NCBI GenBank assembly: GCA_033762915.1
Contig: JANRLD010000084.1
Location: forward strand, 23,449 to 87,448
Direction: 5' to 3'
Length of the DNA stretch: 64,000 nucleotides
DNA from: Meiothermus sp.
Lineage (GTDB): Bacteria > Deinococcota > Deinococci > Deinococcales > Thermaceae
Part shown: positions 18,658 to 28,387 of the stretch, piece after piece
Layout of the letters: every line of letters starts with the position of its first letter
How positions within the stretch are numbered: position 1 is the stretch's first letter
The notes under the pieces: generated by a model
Told to the model about the DNA's origin: nothing
The model's database searches: none
The model's input: only the letters and a program-made list of their open reading frames with translations
Made by a program: the position numbers and the translations under genes

Positions 18658-19818
18658 TCAGGCCCGTTCCTGTATGGCCTGGGCGGCCTCGAGCAGCTTG
18701 TCGAGCTTGGGGTGACGCAGGATGTAGCCGTAGTTACCCAGCGCCGCCGAGAAGATCGAGTTGATGGGCTCGTGGTGGGCGATGATGGGGCCGAAACGGG
18801 TCAGAACGGCCTCGTGGGTGCTGCGGTAGTGGATGTGGCTCTTGCGGCCCACGAAGGTGCAGTAGTAGGGGTGGGTGGCCTTCTGACCGACCTCGCCGTA
18901 GGTAAGGATGTTGACCCACTCCTTGAAAATGTCGATGTTGTTGGAGTAGTTGAACATGTCGATTGATAGGCCGCCGGGAGGACGCATGTTGACCTCGAGG
19001 GCCACCAGCCCGCCGTCCGCCAGCCTGAAGAACTCGAAGTGGAAAAAGCGTTCCATGACGTTGAAAGCCTTGACCACTTTGCGCCCGGCCTCGCGCAGGT
19101 CGGCGGGGATCTCGCGCACCATGTAGTAGTAGATGTCGGAGTCCTCGTTGACCACGTCCATAACGCCCTTGGAATACTCGAGCGAGGAGTCGAAGACCAC
19201 GTTGCCCTTGATGTCGGTGAGGCCATCGTAGGTGATGATCTGACCCGGAATGAACTCCTCGACGATGTACTCGACCGGCGGCTTGGTGGCGATGTAGTCG
19301 AGCAGTTCCTGGTCGTTGTTGATCTTGAAGGTTTTGGCCGCCCCCACCCCGATGTCGGGCTTGGCCACTACCGGGTAGCCCACCTCGTCAATAAAGTTCT
19401 GGGTTTCGACAGGGTCACGGCAGACCTTGCCCCGCGCCACCGGCAGCCCGGCCCGCTTGAAGACCTCTTTCATCACCGACTTGCGCTTAACCCGGTCCAT
19501 GTCGTGCGGGCGCAGGCCGAAGATATTGAAGTCCTCGCGCAGCATGGCCTCGGTCTCGAGCCAGTACTCCGACATCGACTCGAGGCGGTGCAGCTTGCCG
19601 TACTTGTGGGTGAAGTGGCCCAGACCGCGCAGCAACTCATCGTAGTTGTGCATGTCGCCGACCTTGTAGTACTCGGTCAGCGCCTCGCGCAGCTCCGGGC
19701 GCAGCTCGTGGTACTCGGCGTCGGCAATGCCCAGCACGTTGTGCCCCGCCTCACGCAGCCGTGCGCTGAACGGCCAGAAGTTGGGCGGGAAGTGGGGTGA
19801 CAGAAAGACCACGTTCAT
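18658..19818 (-). CDS. ATP-grasp (carboxylate-amine ligase-like) protein
   Basis: GYPVVAKPDIGVGA, VEEFI, FFHFEFF, LEVNMRP; start at MNVVFLSPHFP. Confidence 0.9.
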   Translation of the reverse strand: MNVVFLSPHFPPNFWPFSARLREAGHNVLGIADAEYHELRPELREALTEYYKVGDMHNYDELLRGLGHFTHKYGKLHRLESMSEYWLETEAMLREDFNIFGLRPHDMDRVKRKSVMKEVFKRAGLPVARGKVCRDPVETQNFIDEVGYPVVAKPDIGVGAAKTFKINNDQELLDYIATKPPVEYIVEEFIPGQIITYDGLTDIKGNVVFDSSLEYSKGVMDVVNEDSDIYYYMVREIPADLREAGRKVVKAFNVMERFFHFEFFRLADGGLVALEVNMRPPGGLSIDMFNYSNNIDIFKEWVNILTYGEVGQKATHPYYCTFVGRKSHIHYRSTHEAVLTRFGPIIAHHEPINSIFSAALGNYGYILRHPKLDKLLEAAQAIQERA

Positions 19819-19978
19819 AGGCTCGAGCCCCCTCAGTTTGAAGTTGTCAGGCATTATTCTCACTTTTTCACCGCATTTCAATAGGCCAGGGGATGTTTGG
19901 GGCTTGGCTCAAGGTCAGAGGGGACACCTACGGCTTCACCAAGTGTCCAAGCATTCACGCTACCATCGCGATTCAGCC

Positions 19979-20932
19979 CTACCCTCGCACCTGCGGCCCC
20001 ATCTCCTCGCTCACCAGGCTCAAGCGCAGCCCGTGGGGCCAGGTGCCGCCCAGCTGGCCCCAGGCCCACACCATGTCGGGCGGGACAGGGGCGGTGAAGT
20101 GGAGGTATTTGCCGGTGCGGGGGTGTTGGAAGCGGAGTTCGTAGGCGTGGAGGGCTTGGCGCGGGATCAACTCGGAGGGCTTGCCGTACACGTCATCCCC
20201 CAGGATGGGGGTCCGGAGGTGCTTGAGGTGGACGCGGATCTGGTGCGTGCGCCCGGTATGGAGGATTGCGGCCACCAGAGCATGATGCTCGAGTTCGGTC
20301 ACGATTTCAAAATCGGTCTCGGCGTGGCGGGCCGCGACTCCGCCGACGTGCATCCGGGTGCGGTCCACCGGGTGGCGGCCAATCGGGGCGGAAACCAGGC
20401 CTTCCTTGGGGCAACCCACGGTTAGGGCCAGGTAGCGCTTGAACACGCTGCGGCCGGCGAAGCCCTCCGAGAGCCGACGGTGGGCGGCCTCGTGGCGGGC
20501 CACCACAATGGCACCGGAGGTGTCTTTGTCCAGACGGTGCACGATACCCGGTCGTACCAGCTCGGGCCTCTCGGCCTCCTCTGAGACATCGAGACCAAAG
20601 CGCCCCAGTATGGCGTTGACCAAAGTGCCGGTAAACACCCCCGGCGCGGGGTGCGTGATCATCCCGGCGGCCTTGTTGATAACGATCAGGTCCTCGTCCT
20701 CGTAGAGCACCTCGAGGGGAATGCTCTCGGCCGTCACCGCAGCAGGCCTGGAGGGTGGGGGCTCGAGTGTGACCGTCTCCCCCCGCAGCTTGTACGACGA
20801 TTTAGTGACCGGCCTCCCGTCCAGAAACACCAGCCCTGCCGCGATCCACTCCTGGGCCTTGGCCCGGCTGGTATTGGCCTCGAAGGCCACGGCCTGGTCT
20901 AGGCGGACGCCGGAGGCTTGGAACCTGATCAC
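19979..20932 (-). CDS. RluA-family (RluD-like) pseudouridine synthase
   Basis: S4-like N-terminus; INKAAG, HRLDKDTSG, TGRTHQIR, QALHA. Confidence 0.93.
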   Translation of the reverse strand: MIRFQASGVRLDQAVAFEANTSRAKAQEWIAAGLVFLDGRPVTKSSYKLRGETVTLEPPPSRPAAVTAESIPLEVLYEDEDLIVINKAAGMITHPAPGVFTGTLVNAILGRFGLDVSEEAERPELVRPGIVHRLDKDTSGAIVVARHEAAHRRLSEGFAGRSVFKRYLALTVGCPKEGLVSAPIGRHPVDRTRMHVGGVAARHAETDFEIVTELEHHALVAAILHTGRTHQIRVHLKHLRTPILGDDVYGKPSELIPRQALHAYELRFQHPRTGKYLHFTAPVPPDMVWAWGQLGGTWPHGLRLSLVSEEMGPQVRG

Positions 20933-21129
20933 TGGGGTAGTTTGCGGCGTGCGCGGCGGCGAGTCAATAGCGTAGGGTCTAGACCTCGAGGGGTCTGGGT
21001 CACCGCCCGTCCACCCACCCCTCGAGCGGTGTTTGCGGCAAATCGCCGAGCCCTCATCCCCAGCCGTTTGGCCCAAGCGGGTTCCCTCTTCGCTATCCCG
21101 CTCCCACCGCACCCTGCTAAACTCTGCCC

Positions 21130-21939
21130 ATGCCCAACAGCACGGTCTGCCTCACCTTCGACTTCGACGCGCTTTCGGTCTGGTTCAGCTATCCCCACAC
21201 CACGCCCTCGATGCTCTCGAGGGGCGAGTACGGGGCGCGGGTGGGGGTCCCGAGGGTCCTCGAGCTGCTGCGGCAATATCACATCAAGGCCACCTTCTTC
21301 ACACCGGGGCACACTGTGGAGTCCTTCCCGCGGGAGGTGGAGCGCATTCTGGAGGCCGGTCACGAGGTGGCGCACCACTCCTACGCCCACGTCGACCCCT
21401 CAGGCCAGAGCCTCGAGGAAGAGCGGGCCGACATGGAGCGGGCACTGAGGGTGCTCGAGGGGATCGGGGTCAAGCCGATGGGCTTCCGCTCGCCCTCGGC
21501 GGACTTCTCGCAGCACACACTGGGTCTCCTGGAGGAGTTCGGCTTCGTCTACGACTCCAGCCTGATGGCCGACGACTTCCGGCCCTATCACCCCCGAGTG
21601 GGCGACCAGGTGTCGCAGCAGAGCCCGCTGGTGATGGGTCGCGAGAGCGCGCTCTGGGAGTTTCCCATGAGCTTCGAATTCGACGACTGGGTACACTTCC
21701 AGTTCAACTTCAACCCCTACCGCAACGGCACCAGCGCGCCCAGCAAAGTGCTAGAAATCTGGACGGAAGACCTGGACTGGATGCACCGCAACGTCGAGGG
21801 CGGCATACTGACCGTGGCCATGCACCCCCAGGTGATTGGACGGGGCCACCGGATCGCAATGCTCGAGCGCTTCATCCAGCACGGACTGGGGCTGGGCGTG
21901 CGGTTCGAGCCGATGCGGGACGTGGCAGGCAGGCTTTAG
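21130..21939 (+). CDS. Polysaccharide deacetylase (CE4, PgdA/PuuE-like)
   Basis: TFDFD, HEVAHHSYAH, GFRSP, YDSS, MHPQVIGR. Confidence 0.9.
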   Translation: MPNSTVCLTFDFDALSVWFSYPHTTPSMLSRGEYGARVGVPRVLELLRQYHIKATFFTPGHTVESFPREVERILEAGHEVAHHSYAHVDPSGQSLEEERADMERALRVLEGIGVKPMGFRSPSADFSQHTLGLLEEFGFVYDSSLMADDFRPYHPRVGDQVSQQSPLVMGRESALWEFPMSFEFDDWVHFQFNFNPYRNGTSAPSKVLEIWTEDLDWMHRNVEGGILTVAMHPQVIGRGHRIAMLERFIQHGLGLGVRFEPMRDVAGRL

Positions 21940-21992
21940 GTGCTATTTCCGGCCGCGTGGCTAGGGTGTCTGGAGTGAACGGGTAAAAAGGG

Positions 21993-22634
21993 GTGCATGT
22001 GACGCAGCAAGGACATATCGAGGCGCTGGCCGAACGGGTCAAACTCCTTTCGGTTGCGGAGGGCAGCCACGACTGGTGGCACGTCTGGCGGGTCTGGCGG
22101 CTGGCCCGCCGGATCGCGCTCGAAGAGGGGGCTGATCTCTATCTGGTCGAGCTGGCTGCCCTCTGCCACGACCTCGAGGACTGGAAGTATGCTGACCACC
22201 AGCCGGTAATCCGGCCCCTGCTGGAGCGGCTCGAGGTGGCCCCAGAAGTGGTCGGGCAAGTCCTGGACATTTGCGAGCGGATCAGCTTCAAGGGCGCTGG
22301 GGTGCCCGACCGGATGGAGGGCCTCGAGGGCCGGGTAGTGCAGGACGCCGACCGCCTCGACGCCCTGGGGGCCATCGGGGTGGCCCGCACCTTTGCCTAC
22401 GGCGGCTCCAAGAGTCGCCCGCTGCACGACCCCGACGAGCAGATCGAGCTGCACGGAAGCTTCGAAGCCTACAAGTCCAAGTCCGGCAGCAGCCTAGCCC
22501 ACTTCCACGAGAAGCTTTATCTACTCATAGACCGGCTCCACACTCCCGCCGCACACCGCATCGCGGAGGCTCGAGACGCCTTTATGCGGGAGTTCGAGCG
22601 TAAGTTTTTGCTCGAGTGGAACGGTCAGGACTGA
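21993..22634 (+). CDS. HD-domain phosphohydrolase (YedJ/YpgQ-like)
   Basis: HDWWH, CHD, VQDADRLDALGAIG, HFHEKL. Confidence 0.9.
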   Translation: MHVTQQGHIEALAERVKLLSVAEGSHDWWHVWRVWRLARRIALEEGADLYLVELAALCHDLEDWKYADHQPVIRPLLERLEVAPEVVGQVLDICERISFKGAGVPDRMEGLEGRVVQDADRLDALGAIGVARTFAYGGSKSRPLHDPDEQIELHGSFEAYKSKSGSSLAHFHEKLYLLIDRLHTPAAHRIAEARDAFMREFERKFLLEWNGQD

Positions 22635-22648
22635 ATACTCAGCCCTTG

Positions 22649-22684
22649 TGCTCGCACCAGTGCTTGCACCAATGCTTGCACCCA
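22649..22684. repeat. 3 x 12-bp tandem repeat
   Basis: tgctcgcaccag tgcttgcaccaa tgcttgcaccca. Confidence 0.7.
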
Positions 22685-23111
22685 GTTGGCCGTTTGCAGA
22701 GTCCGCCCGACAGGCAAAAACGTCAGTGCAACCAAAATACGGTCGGTTGGGTTGAGATTCGGTGTGGCCTCACGAAACGAGTGGCATAAGCCGGGCCGCC
22801 CGCCCGAATGACTCGGCGGGCGGCCAATCCCGTACCGAGGTTAGCCCTGACGCTCGGCCTTCTGCTGACAGTAATCGGAAATGTGCTCGAGACGGCAGCC
22901 TCACCAACTCGTCTTCGGGCAGAAAGTGCCATCCCACGATCGTGAAGACCAGCCGGCCGTAGTGACCGATGTCCTGCTTTTTCACTAGCGCACCCAGCAG
23001 GTGCGCCATCATTGCGTTTTTTCGAAGGACTTCTAGCGCCGCGAACGCCTTTTTACGTTCATGTCACAAAAAGCCCAAATGTTTTTAGCTTGAGTTGGCC
23101 TGGGTTGGCGC

Positions 23112-23681
23112 TCAGAAGTAGGCCCAGCCCGCCAGCCGCACCGCCGAGTAATAGGCGAAGGCGGCGGAGTAGCAGGCGCCTCGGCTGAAGAAGCCCAGCC
23201 CCGCGCAGATACGGTTCATGTTCACCAGGAAGCTGTCATCGGCGGCCTTGCGCCCAGTTTCGGTGGCGAGGGTGGGGAAGCTGGGGAAGTTGCGGTAGGC
23301 GAAGTCGTGGACGTTGCAGGCCGGGCGGAAGGTCTCCCGGTAGCCCAGACCCAGACCACTGGGAGCAGAGCACCCGTCGCGCACCCAGTTGAACTGGGGG
23401 TAGCTGCTTCGCGCGGTGTAGTAGCTGTTATAGGTAGCTACCGTTCCCAGCCCGATCACCTGCACCAGCTGGAGGTTGCTCAGCGCCAGCGACTCGATTC
23501 CGGCCCTGGCCGCCTCGACGTTTTGCAAGGCCTGCTCGTAGGCCGCAATGGCCTCGCGCTCTACGCCTAGCTGGCGCATTTCCTCGAGAATTTGCGCCCC
23601 GCTGGGCTCGGTCTGAACTGCCTGCGGAGCTTGGCTACATGCCACCAGCAGCAACATCCCCAACAACCATACCCTAAGCAT
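23112..23681 (-). CDS. Prokaryotic phospholipase A2 lipoprotein
   Basis: Lipobox LLVAC; DGCS, ACNVHDFAYRN, AD..F..NM..IC, YYSAVR. Confidence 0.85.
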   Translation of the reverse strand: MLRVWLLGMLLLVACSQAPQAVQTEPSGAQILEEMRQLGVEREAIAAYEQALQNVEAARAGIESLALSNLQLVQVIGLGTVATYNSYYTARSSYPQFNWVRDGCSAPSGLGLGYRETFRPACNVHDFAYRNFPSFPTLATETGRKAADDSFLVNMNRICAGLGFFSRGACYSAAFAYYSAVRLAGWAYF

Positions 23682-23812
23682 AGTTTAGCCTCCCGACAAC
23701 CCCCTGCTGTGTTGTGATCACAGTATCGGGCATTCGGGACAATAATCCAACACCCGGTGGTTCGTGCGGCGCATGACCTACAGCGGGCCGACCCTTTGGT
23801 AAGCTTTGGGCC

Positions 23813-24073
23813 ATGAAACTTCTGCTGTGGAGCCAGCTCGAGGCCGGCATCCCGCTGAGCGAGTTGCCCGGCTTCCACCGCGCCTTCCTCAACCTCCACC
23901 GGCCCGAGCTGGGGGCCGACGGGCTCCCGCTGCGTAGGGTGCAGCAGTATGTCACCCAAACCCTATACACGCTGGTCAAGGAAGGCCGGGCCTCCCGCGA
24001 GGGCGAGGACTTTCGGGTGGGCCTCGAGCTGATCCCGCCGCCCTACCAGTCTGTGCTGGACAACGACGCATGA
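23813..24073 (+). CDS. Hypothetical protein translationally coupled to mutY
   Basis: TAAGCT 7 nt before ATG; ATGA overlap with mutY. Confidence 0.75.
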   Translation: MKLLLWSQLEAGIPLSELPGFHRAFLNLHRPELGADGLPLRRVQQYVTQTLYTLVKEGRASREGEDFRVGLELIPPPYQSVLDNDA

Positions 24074-25014
24074 GGCCGGACGAGCTGCGCGGGGCGCTCC
24101 TGGGCTGGTACCGCGCTCATGCGCGCGACCTGCCCTGGCGCGGCGACGCCAACCCCTACCGGGTTCTGCTCTCGGAAGTGTTGTTACAGCAAACTCGAGT
24201 AGACCAGGCCATCCCCTACTATCACCGCTTCCTCCAGAACTTTCCGACCCTCGAGGCCCTCGGCCGGGCCGACCTAGAGTCGGTCCTGAAGGTCTGGCAG
24301 GGCGTGGGGTACTACGCCAGAGCCAGGAACCTGCACAAGCTAGCGCAGACCACCCCAGAGCTGCCCCACACCTACGCCGAACTCCTGCGTTTGCCTGGAA
24401 TTGGCCCCTACACTGCGGCGGCGGTCGCGTCCATTGTCTTCGGGGAGAGTGTAGCGGCGGTAGACGGCAATGTGCGGCGGGTCGTGGCCCGGCTCGAGGC
24501 AAAGTCCAACCCCACGCCCAGCGAGGTCCAGAGTAAGGCCGACCAACTGCTTGCCCCAGACGCACCGGGCGACTGGAATCAGGCCATGATGGAGCTTGGG
24601 GCCACCGTCTGTGTGCCCAAACGTCCCCGCTGTCCGGACTGCCCGATTAACGCCTGGTGCCAGGGCAAGGCCCAGCCCCACCTCTTTCCTTCGCCGAAGG
24701 CGCGCAAGCAGACCTCGGTAGAGGCGGTGGCGCTGGTGCTGGTCGGGGAGGGCGGGGTACACCTCGAGCCGCGCGTTGGCTCGGTGCTGGGCGGGCTGTG
24801 GGGAGTGCCGATGGAAGAGGGCGAGGGAGCTTTGGAGCGGCTGCAGGCCCGCTTCGGGGTGGAAGCCCGCTACCTAGGAGAGATCCTTCACGCCTTTACC
24901 CACCGCAGGCTGAGGGTCCGGGTCTACCAAGCCCCCTGGGCAGCGGCGGAAATACCCGCCGAACGCCCGCTCTCGAGGCTCGATCAGAAAATTCTGGCTC
25001 TGGCGCTCCCTTAG
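24070..25014 (+). CDS. mutY: A/G-specific adenine glycosylase
   Basis: SEVLLQQT, HhH LPGIGPYTA, VDGNV, Fe-S motif CxxxxxxCxxCxxxxxC. Confidence 0.95.
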   Translation: MRPDELRGALLGWYRAHARDLPWRGDANPYRVLLSEVLLQQTRVDQAIPYYHRFLQNFPTLEALGRADLESVLKVWQGVGYYARARNLHKLAQTTPELPHTYAELLRLPGIGPYTAAAVASIVFGESVAAVDGNVRRVVARLEAKSNPTPSEVQSKADQLLAPDAPGDWNQAMMELGATVCVPKRPRCPDCPINAWCQGKAQPHLFPSPKARKQTSVEAVALVLVGEGGVHLEPRVGSVLGGLWGVPMEEGEGALERLQARFGVEARYLGEILHAFTHRRLRVRVYQAPWAAAEIPAERPLSRLDQKILALALP

Positions 25015-25185
25015 CGGAGCTCCTTTGACCTGCACCCAGACCTGCTTCTAGCTGCTCGCCGGCCTCGAGGATGAACTACCGACTCTTGCTCTGGGCCTTG
25101 GTCGGCCAGACTTCGGATGGGTTGCTTTTCGGGCTCCGCAAAGTCATTTGCCGCAACAGCAGGTGAAAGTCTGAACCGACTCTGT

Positions 25186-26178
25186 TCAGAGGATGCTCTT
25201 AAGCCCGTCCAGGCTGATTTTTCCCCCGCAGATCACCGCCACGGCCTGCTGTGCGGGGTAGCGCCCGGCGGCCTTCGTTAGCGCAGCCAGCGCCACCCCA
25301 GCGGCCCCCTCGAGAAGCATAAACTCGCTGCCGATGAACCGGCGCATGGCCTCTCTGATCTCCTGCTCGCTCACCGTTACCCACTCGTCTACCAGGCTGC
25401 GGCAGAGGTCGAAGGTGATTGCGCCGGGCTCGAGGCCCCCCGCACTCCCGTCGGAGAGGGTGGTTAACGCGTCGATTTGGACAATTCGACCCGCCCCGAC
25501 AGAGGCCATCATCACTGCGTCGTTCTCGGGCTGACATCCGATGACCCGGACCCTGGGGCTCACCGACTTCAGAAAGGCGGCAACCCCCGAGATCAGCCCC
25601 CCGCCCCCGACGGTCACAAACACGTTGAGCGGTGGTTGTTGGGATGGGACACCCGCCTCTTGGGCCATGACCAGCTGCCCCGCGATTTCGACCCCCACCG
25701 TCCCTTGTCCCGCCACCACCTCGAGGTCGTTGTAGGGCGAGATGTAAACCATGCCATTTTGCACGGCGTAGGCTCGAGCGAACAGCTCGGTATCATCGCC
25801 GCTCACCCCGTGCTTGCGCACCTCGACCCCGTAGCGGCGGATGTAGTCGAGCTTGGCCTCGGCGGCGTTTTCCGGCGCAAAAACCAGCCCCCGCGAGCCC
25901 AACCGACCCAGCCCCCACGCCACCCCGGCCCCGTGGTTGCCGCTGCTGGCCGTCACCACGCCCGCCGCCAACTGCCCCGGACTCAGCGAGAGCAGCTTGT
26001 TCATGGCCCCTCTGGCCTTGAACGAGCCGGTGTGCTGAAGGTTCTCGAGCTTGAGCCAGACCTCCATGCCGGTTAGCTGGCTGAAGGCCAGGGAGTGCTC
26101 GAGGGGAGTCTGGCGAACGTGGGGCTTGAGGCGCTCGGCCGCGGCAAGGATAGCGTCGGGCAGGTTTGACGGGCTCAT
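25186..26178 (-). CDS. Threonine/serine dehydratase (PLP, no regulatory domain)
   Basis: QHTGSFKARGA, SSGNH, GGGGL. Confidence 0.9.
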   Translation of the reverse strand: MSPSNLPDAILAAAERLKPHVRQTPLEHSLAFSQLTGMEVWLKLENLQHTGSFKARGAMNKLLSLSPGQLAAGVVTASSGNHGAGVAWGLGRLGSRGLVFAPENAAEAKLDYIRRYGVEVRKHGVSGDDTELFARAYAVQNGMVYISPYNDLEVVAGQGTVGVEIAGQLVMAQEAGVPSQQPPLNVFVTVGGGGLISGVAAFLKSVSPRVRVIGCQPENDAVMMASVGAGRIVQIDALTTLSDGSAGGLEPGAITFDLCRSLVDEWVTVSEQEIREAMRRFIGSEFMLLEGAAGVALAALTKAAGRYPAQQAVAVICGGKISLDGLKSIL

Positions 26179-26322
26179 GATCTCCTAGAGAGGATACCCC
26201 GGCTGCAGCCGGGGTATCCCTAGACATGTAGAACTTCGCGCAACGGCACAGCATTGGGGCCAGCTACCATTCAAGGTCGCACGTCCCACGGGTACTGCCC
26301 CTAACTGCCTCGAGCTAGGCTC

Positions 26323-27675
26323 TTAGGCCCCGACTGTCATGCCCTTGTAGGTCGTCCGGATTGCCCCGGCCACCACCCCTAGCGCCTCACGCAGCATGTC
26401 TTCGGGAATGTCCAGGGCGGGCAGGAAGCGGATGCAGTTGGTATAGAGCCCGGCGCGGATCAGGATCACGCCTTGTGCGGTGGCCAGTTTGATGGCCTCG
26501 AGGACGAACTCCGGCCAAGGCTCTTTGGTTTCGCGGTCTTTAACAAACTCGATGGCCATCATCGCCCCGATGCCGCGCACGTCGCCCAGGATCGGCAGTT
26601 CCGCCTTCAAGGGCTCGAAGACCTCGCGCACCACCCGCTCGACGGTTTTTGCTTTGTCCAGGAAGCCAGGAGACTGGAGAATTTTCAGCGACTCCAGCGC
26701 CGCCATATTGGCCAGCGGGTTGCCGCCGTAGGTGCTGCCCTGCCCACCCACGTGGGGGCTGTCCATGATATCGGCCCGCCCCGTAACAGCGCTGATCGGC
26801 ATCCCGCCGCCCAGGCTCTTGGCGGTAACCACCAGGTCGGGGATCACCCCGCTGTGCTCGATGGCGTACATCTTACCGGTGCGGCCCGAGCCGCTTTGAA
26901 TCTCGTCGGCGATCATCACCGCGCCGGTAGCGTCGCAGACCTCGCGAATCTTGCGCAAGAACTTGTGCGGCACGGGGATAAAGCCGCCCTCGCCGATCAC
27001 CGGCTCAATCACGATTGCGGCCAGCGCGGAGGGGTCGATGTGTGCGACCAGGGCGTTCTCGAGGTTCCAGCAGCACCACTCGAGGTAATCCTCGGGGCTC
27101 ATGCCCTTGGGAGTGCGGTAGAGGTTGGGCATTGGCAGTCGGTAGACCTCCGGCGCGAATGGCCCAAAACCCTTCTTGAACAGGCTGTACTTGCTGGTCA
27201 TGGCCATGGTGAGGTTGGAGCGCCCGTGGTAGGCCCCCTCGAAGACGATGATCCCGTCGCGCCCGGTGAAGCGGCGGGCGAACTTGACCGCATTCTCCAC
27301 GCTCTCCGCACCGCCCGAGGCCAGGAAGCTCTTCTTGGGGAAGGTTCCGGGCGTGAGTCGGTTGAGCATCTCGCACACCTCCACGTAGCTCTCGTGGTTG
27401 GTCACGATAGAGCAGATGTGGATCAGGTCGTCGGCCTGGGACTTTATGGCGTCCACCACGGTCTGGGGGGTGTGCCCAACGGCCAGTACCCCGATCCCGC
27501 CCGCGAGGTCGATGAAGGTGTTGCCGTCAACGTCTTCGACCAGCGAGCCGTGGGCCTTGCGGGCGGCGATGGGGGCGGCCTGGCCCAGCGCGGCGGTCAC
27601 GGCAGCGGCGCGGCGGGCCTGAAGGGCCTGGCTCACGGGACCTGGGATGGCAGTCTTGAGTTGGATGTAGGGCAT
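26323..27675 (-). CDS. gabT: 4-aminobutyrate aminotransferase (class III)
   Basis: GAESVENAVK, YHGR, EPVIGEGG, DEIQSG, AKSLGGG, TYGGNP. Confidence 0.88.
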   Translation of the reverse strand: MPYIQLKTAIPGPVSQALQARRAAAVTAALGQAAPIAARKAHGSLVEDVDGNTFIDLAGGIGVLAVGHTPQTVVDAIKSQADDLIHICSIVTNHESYVEVCEMLNRLTPGTFPKKSFLASGGAESVENAVKFARRFTGRDGIIVFEGAYHGRSNLTMAMTSKYSLFKKGFGPFAPEVYRLPMPNLYRTPKGMSPEDYLEWCCWNLENALVAHIDPSALAAIVIEPVIGEGGFIPVPHKFLRKIREVCDATGAVMIADEIQSGSGRTGKMYAIEHSGVIPDLVVTAKSLGGGMPISAVTGRADIMDSPHVGGQGSTYGGNPLANMAALESLKILQSPGFLDKAKTVERVVREVFEPLKAELPILGDVRGIGAMMAIEFVKDRETKEPWPEFVLEAIKLATAQGVILIRAGLYTNCIRFLPALDIPEDMLREALGVVAGAIRTTYKGMTVGA

Positions 27676-27686
27676 ACCGCTCCTTT

Positions 27687-28124
27687 TTACAGCATTTTGC
27701 TCATGGGGACTCGAGCATGTACCCGAAATCCCAGTTTTTGGTAAAAGTGTTGGGCCACCGGGTTGTGCGACTCGACCTGCAGTTCGAGGCTCCTAAGTCC
27801 TTGATCTCGAGCGAAGCGCTCCAGCCCCTCCAGCGACTCCCTCCCCAGCCCCCGGCCCCGGTGCCCGGGTCGCAAGAACAGGTCGGTGAGGAAGCCCTGC
27901 CGACCCCCAAACTCGAGGTCGAAAGCGTAGGTGAGGATGCAATAACCCGCGCCTGGGCCGCCGGACTCGATCAAAAAGGCCTGGCCGTATTCCGGGTGGC
28001 CGAGCAACTGCTCGAGGCCCCTCCGGACCACCACGGGGTCGAACTCCAGATCGTCGAAGGCGTAATATTCGCCGATCAGCTCGAGCAACAGCGGCAAGTC
28101 AGTCGCGCGCGCAGGCCGTAGCAC
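27687..28124 (-). CDS. GNAT N-acetyltransferase
   Basis: RGRGLG, N..A..FYQKLGF. Confidence 0.85.
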   Translation of the reverse strand: MLRPARATDLPLLLELIGEYYAFDDLEFDPVVVRRGLEQLLGHPEYGQAFLIESGGPGAGYCILTYAFDLEFGGRQGFLTDLFLRPGHRGRGLGRESLEGLERFARDQGLRSLELQVESHNPVAQHFYQKLGFRVHARVPMSKML

Positions 28125-28387
28125 CCCTCACCCCGCCGATTCTGGAGGCGGCATGCTCGCCTTCTGCACGTCCATGGGTCCATTCTACGCCATCGCCTTA
28201 AGCCCCGCCGTGGACTGCGCCCATGAACCCCGCCCAAGTCCATCCAGGGTTGAACTTTGCCAGCCCTCGGGCGGGCGGCGGCGCCCAGAGCACCGACCGG
28301 GGGTGTCGTGGGACTAACCAATTTATGCCTTTGTGAACACTCGTCTCACAGAAACTGGCTAAACTAAGGCGATAAGGTGGACTCGAG

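Noticed and set aside
22720..23012. Short ORFs between the HD gene and PLA2
   Set aside because: No recognisable motif or clear RBS; possibly decayed sequence.
28332..28350. CRP/FNR site TGTGA...TCACA
   Set aside because: Spacer is 9 nt rather than 6.
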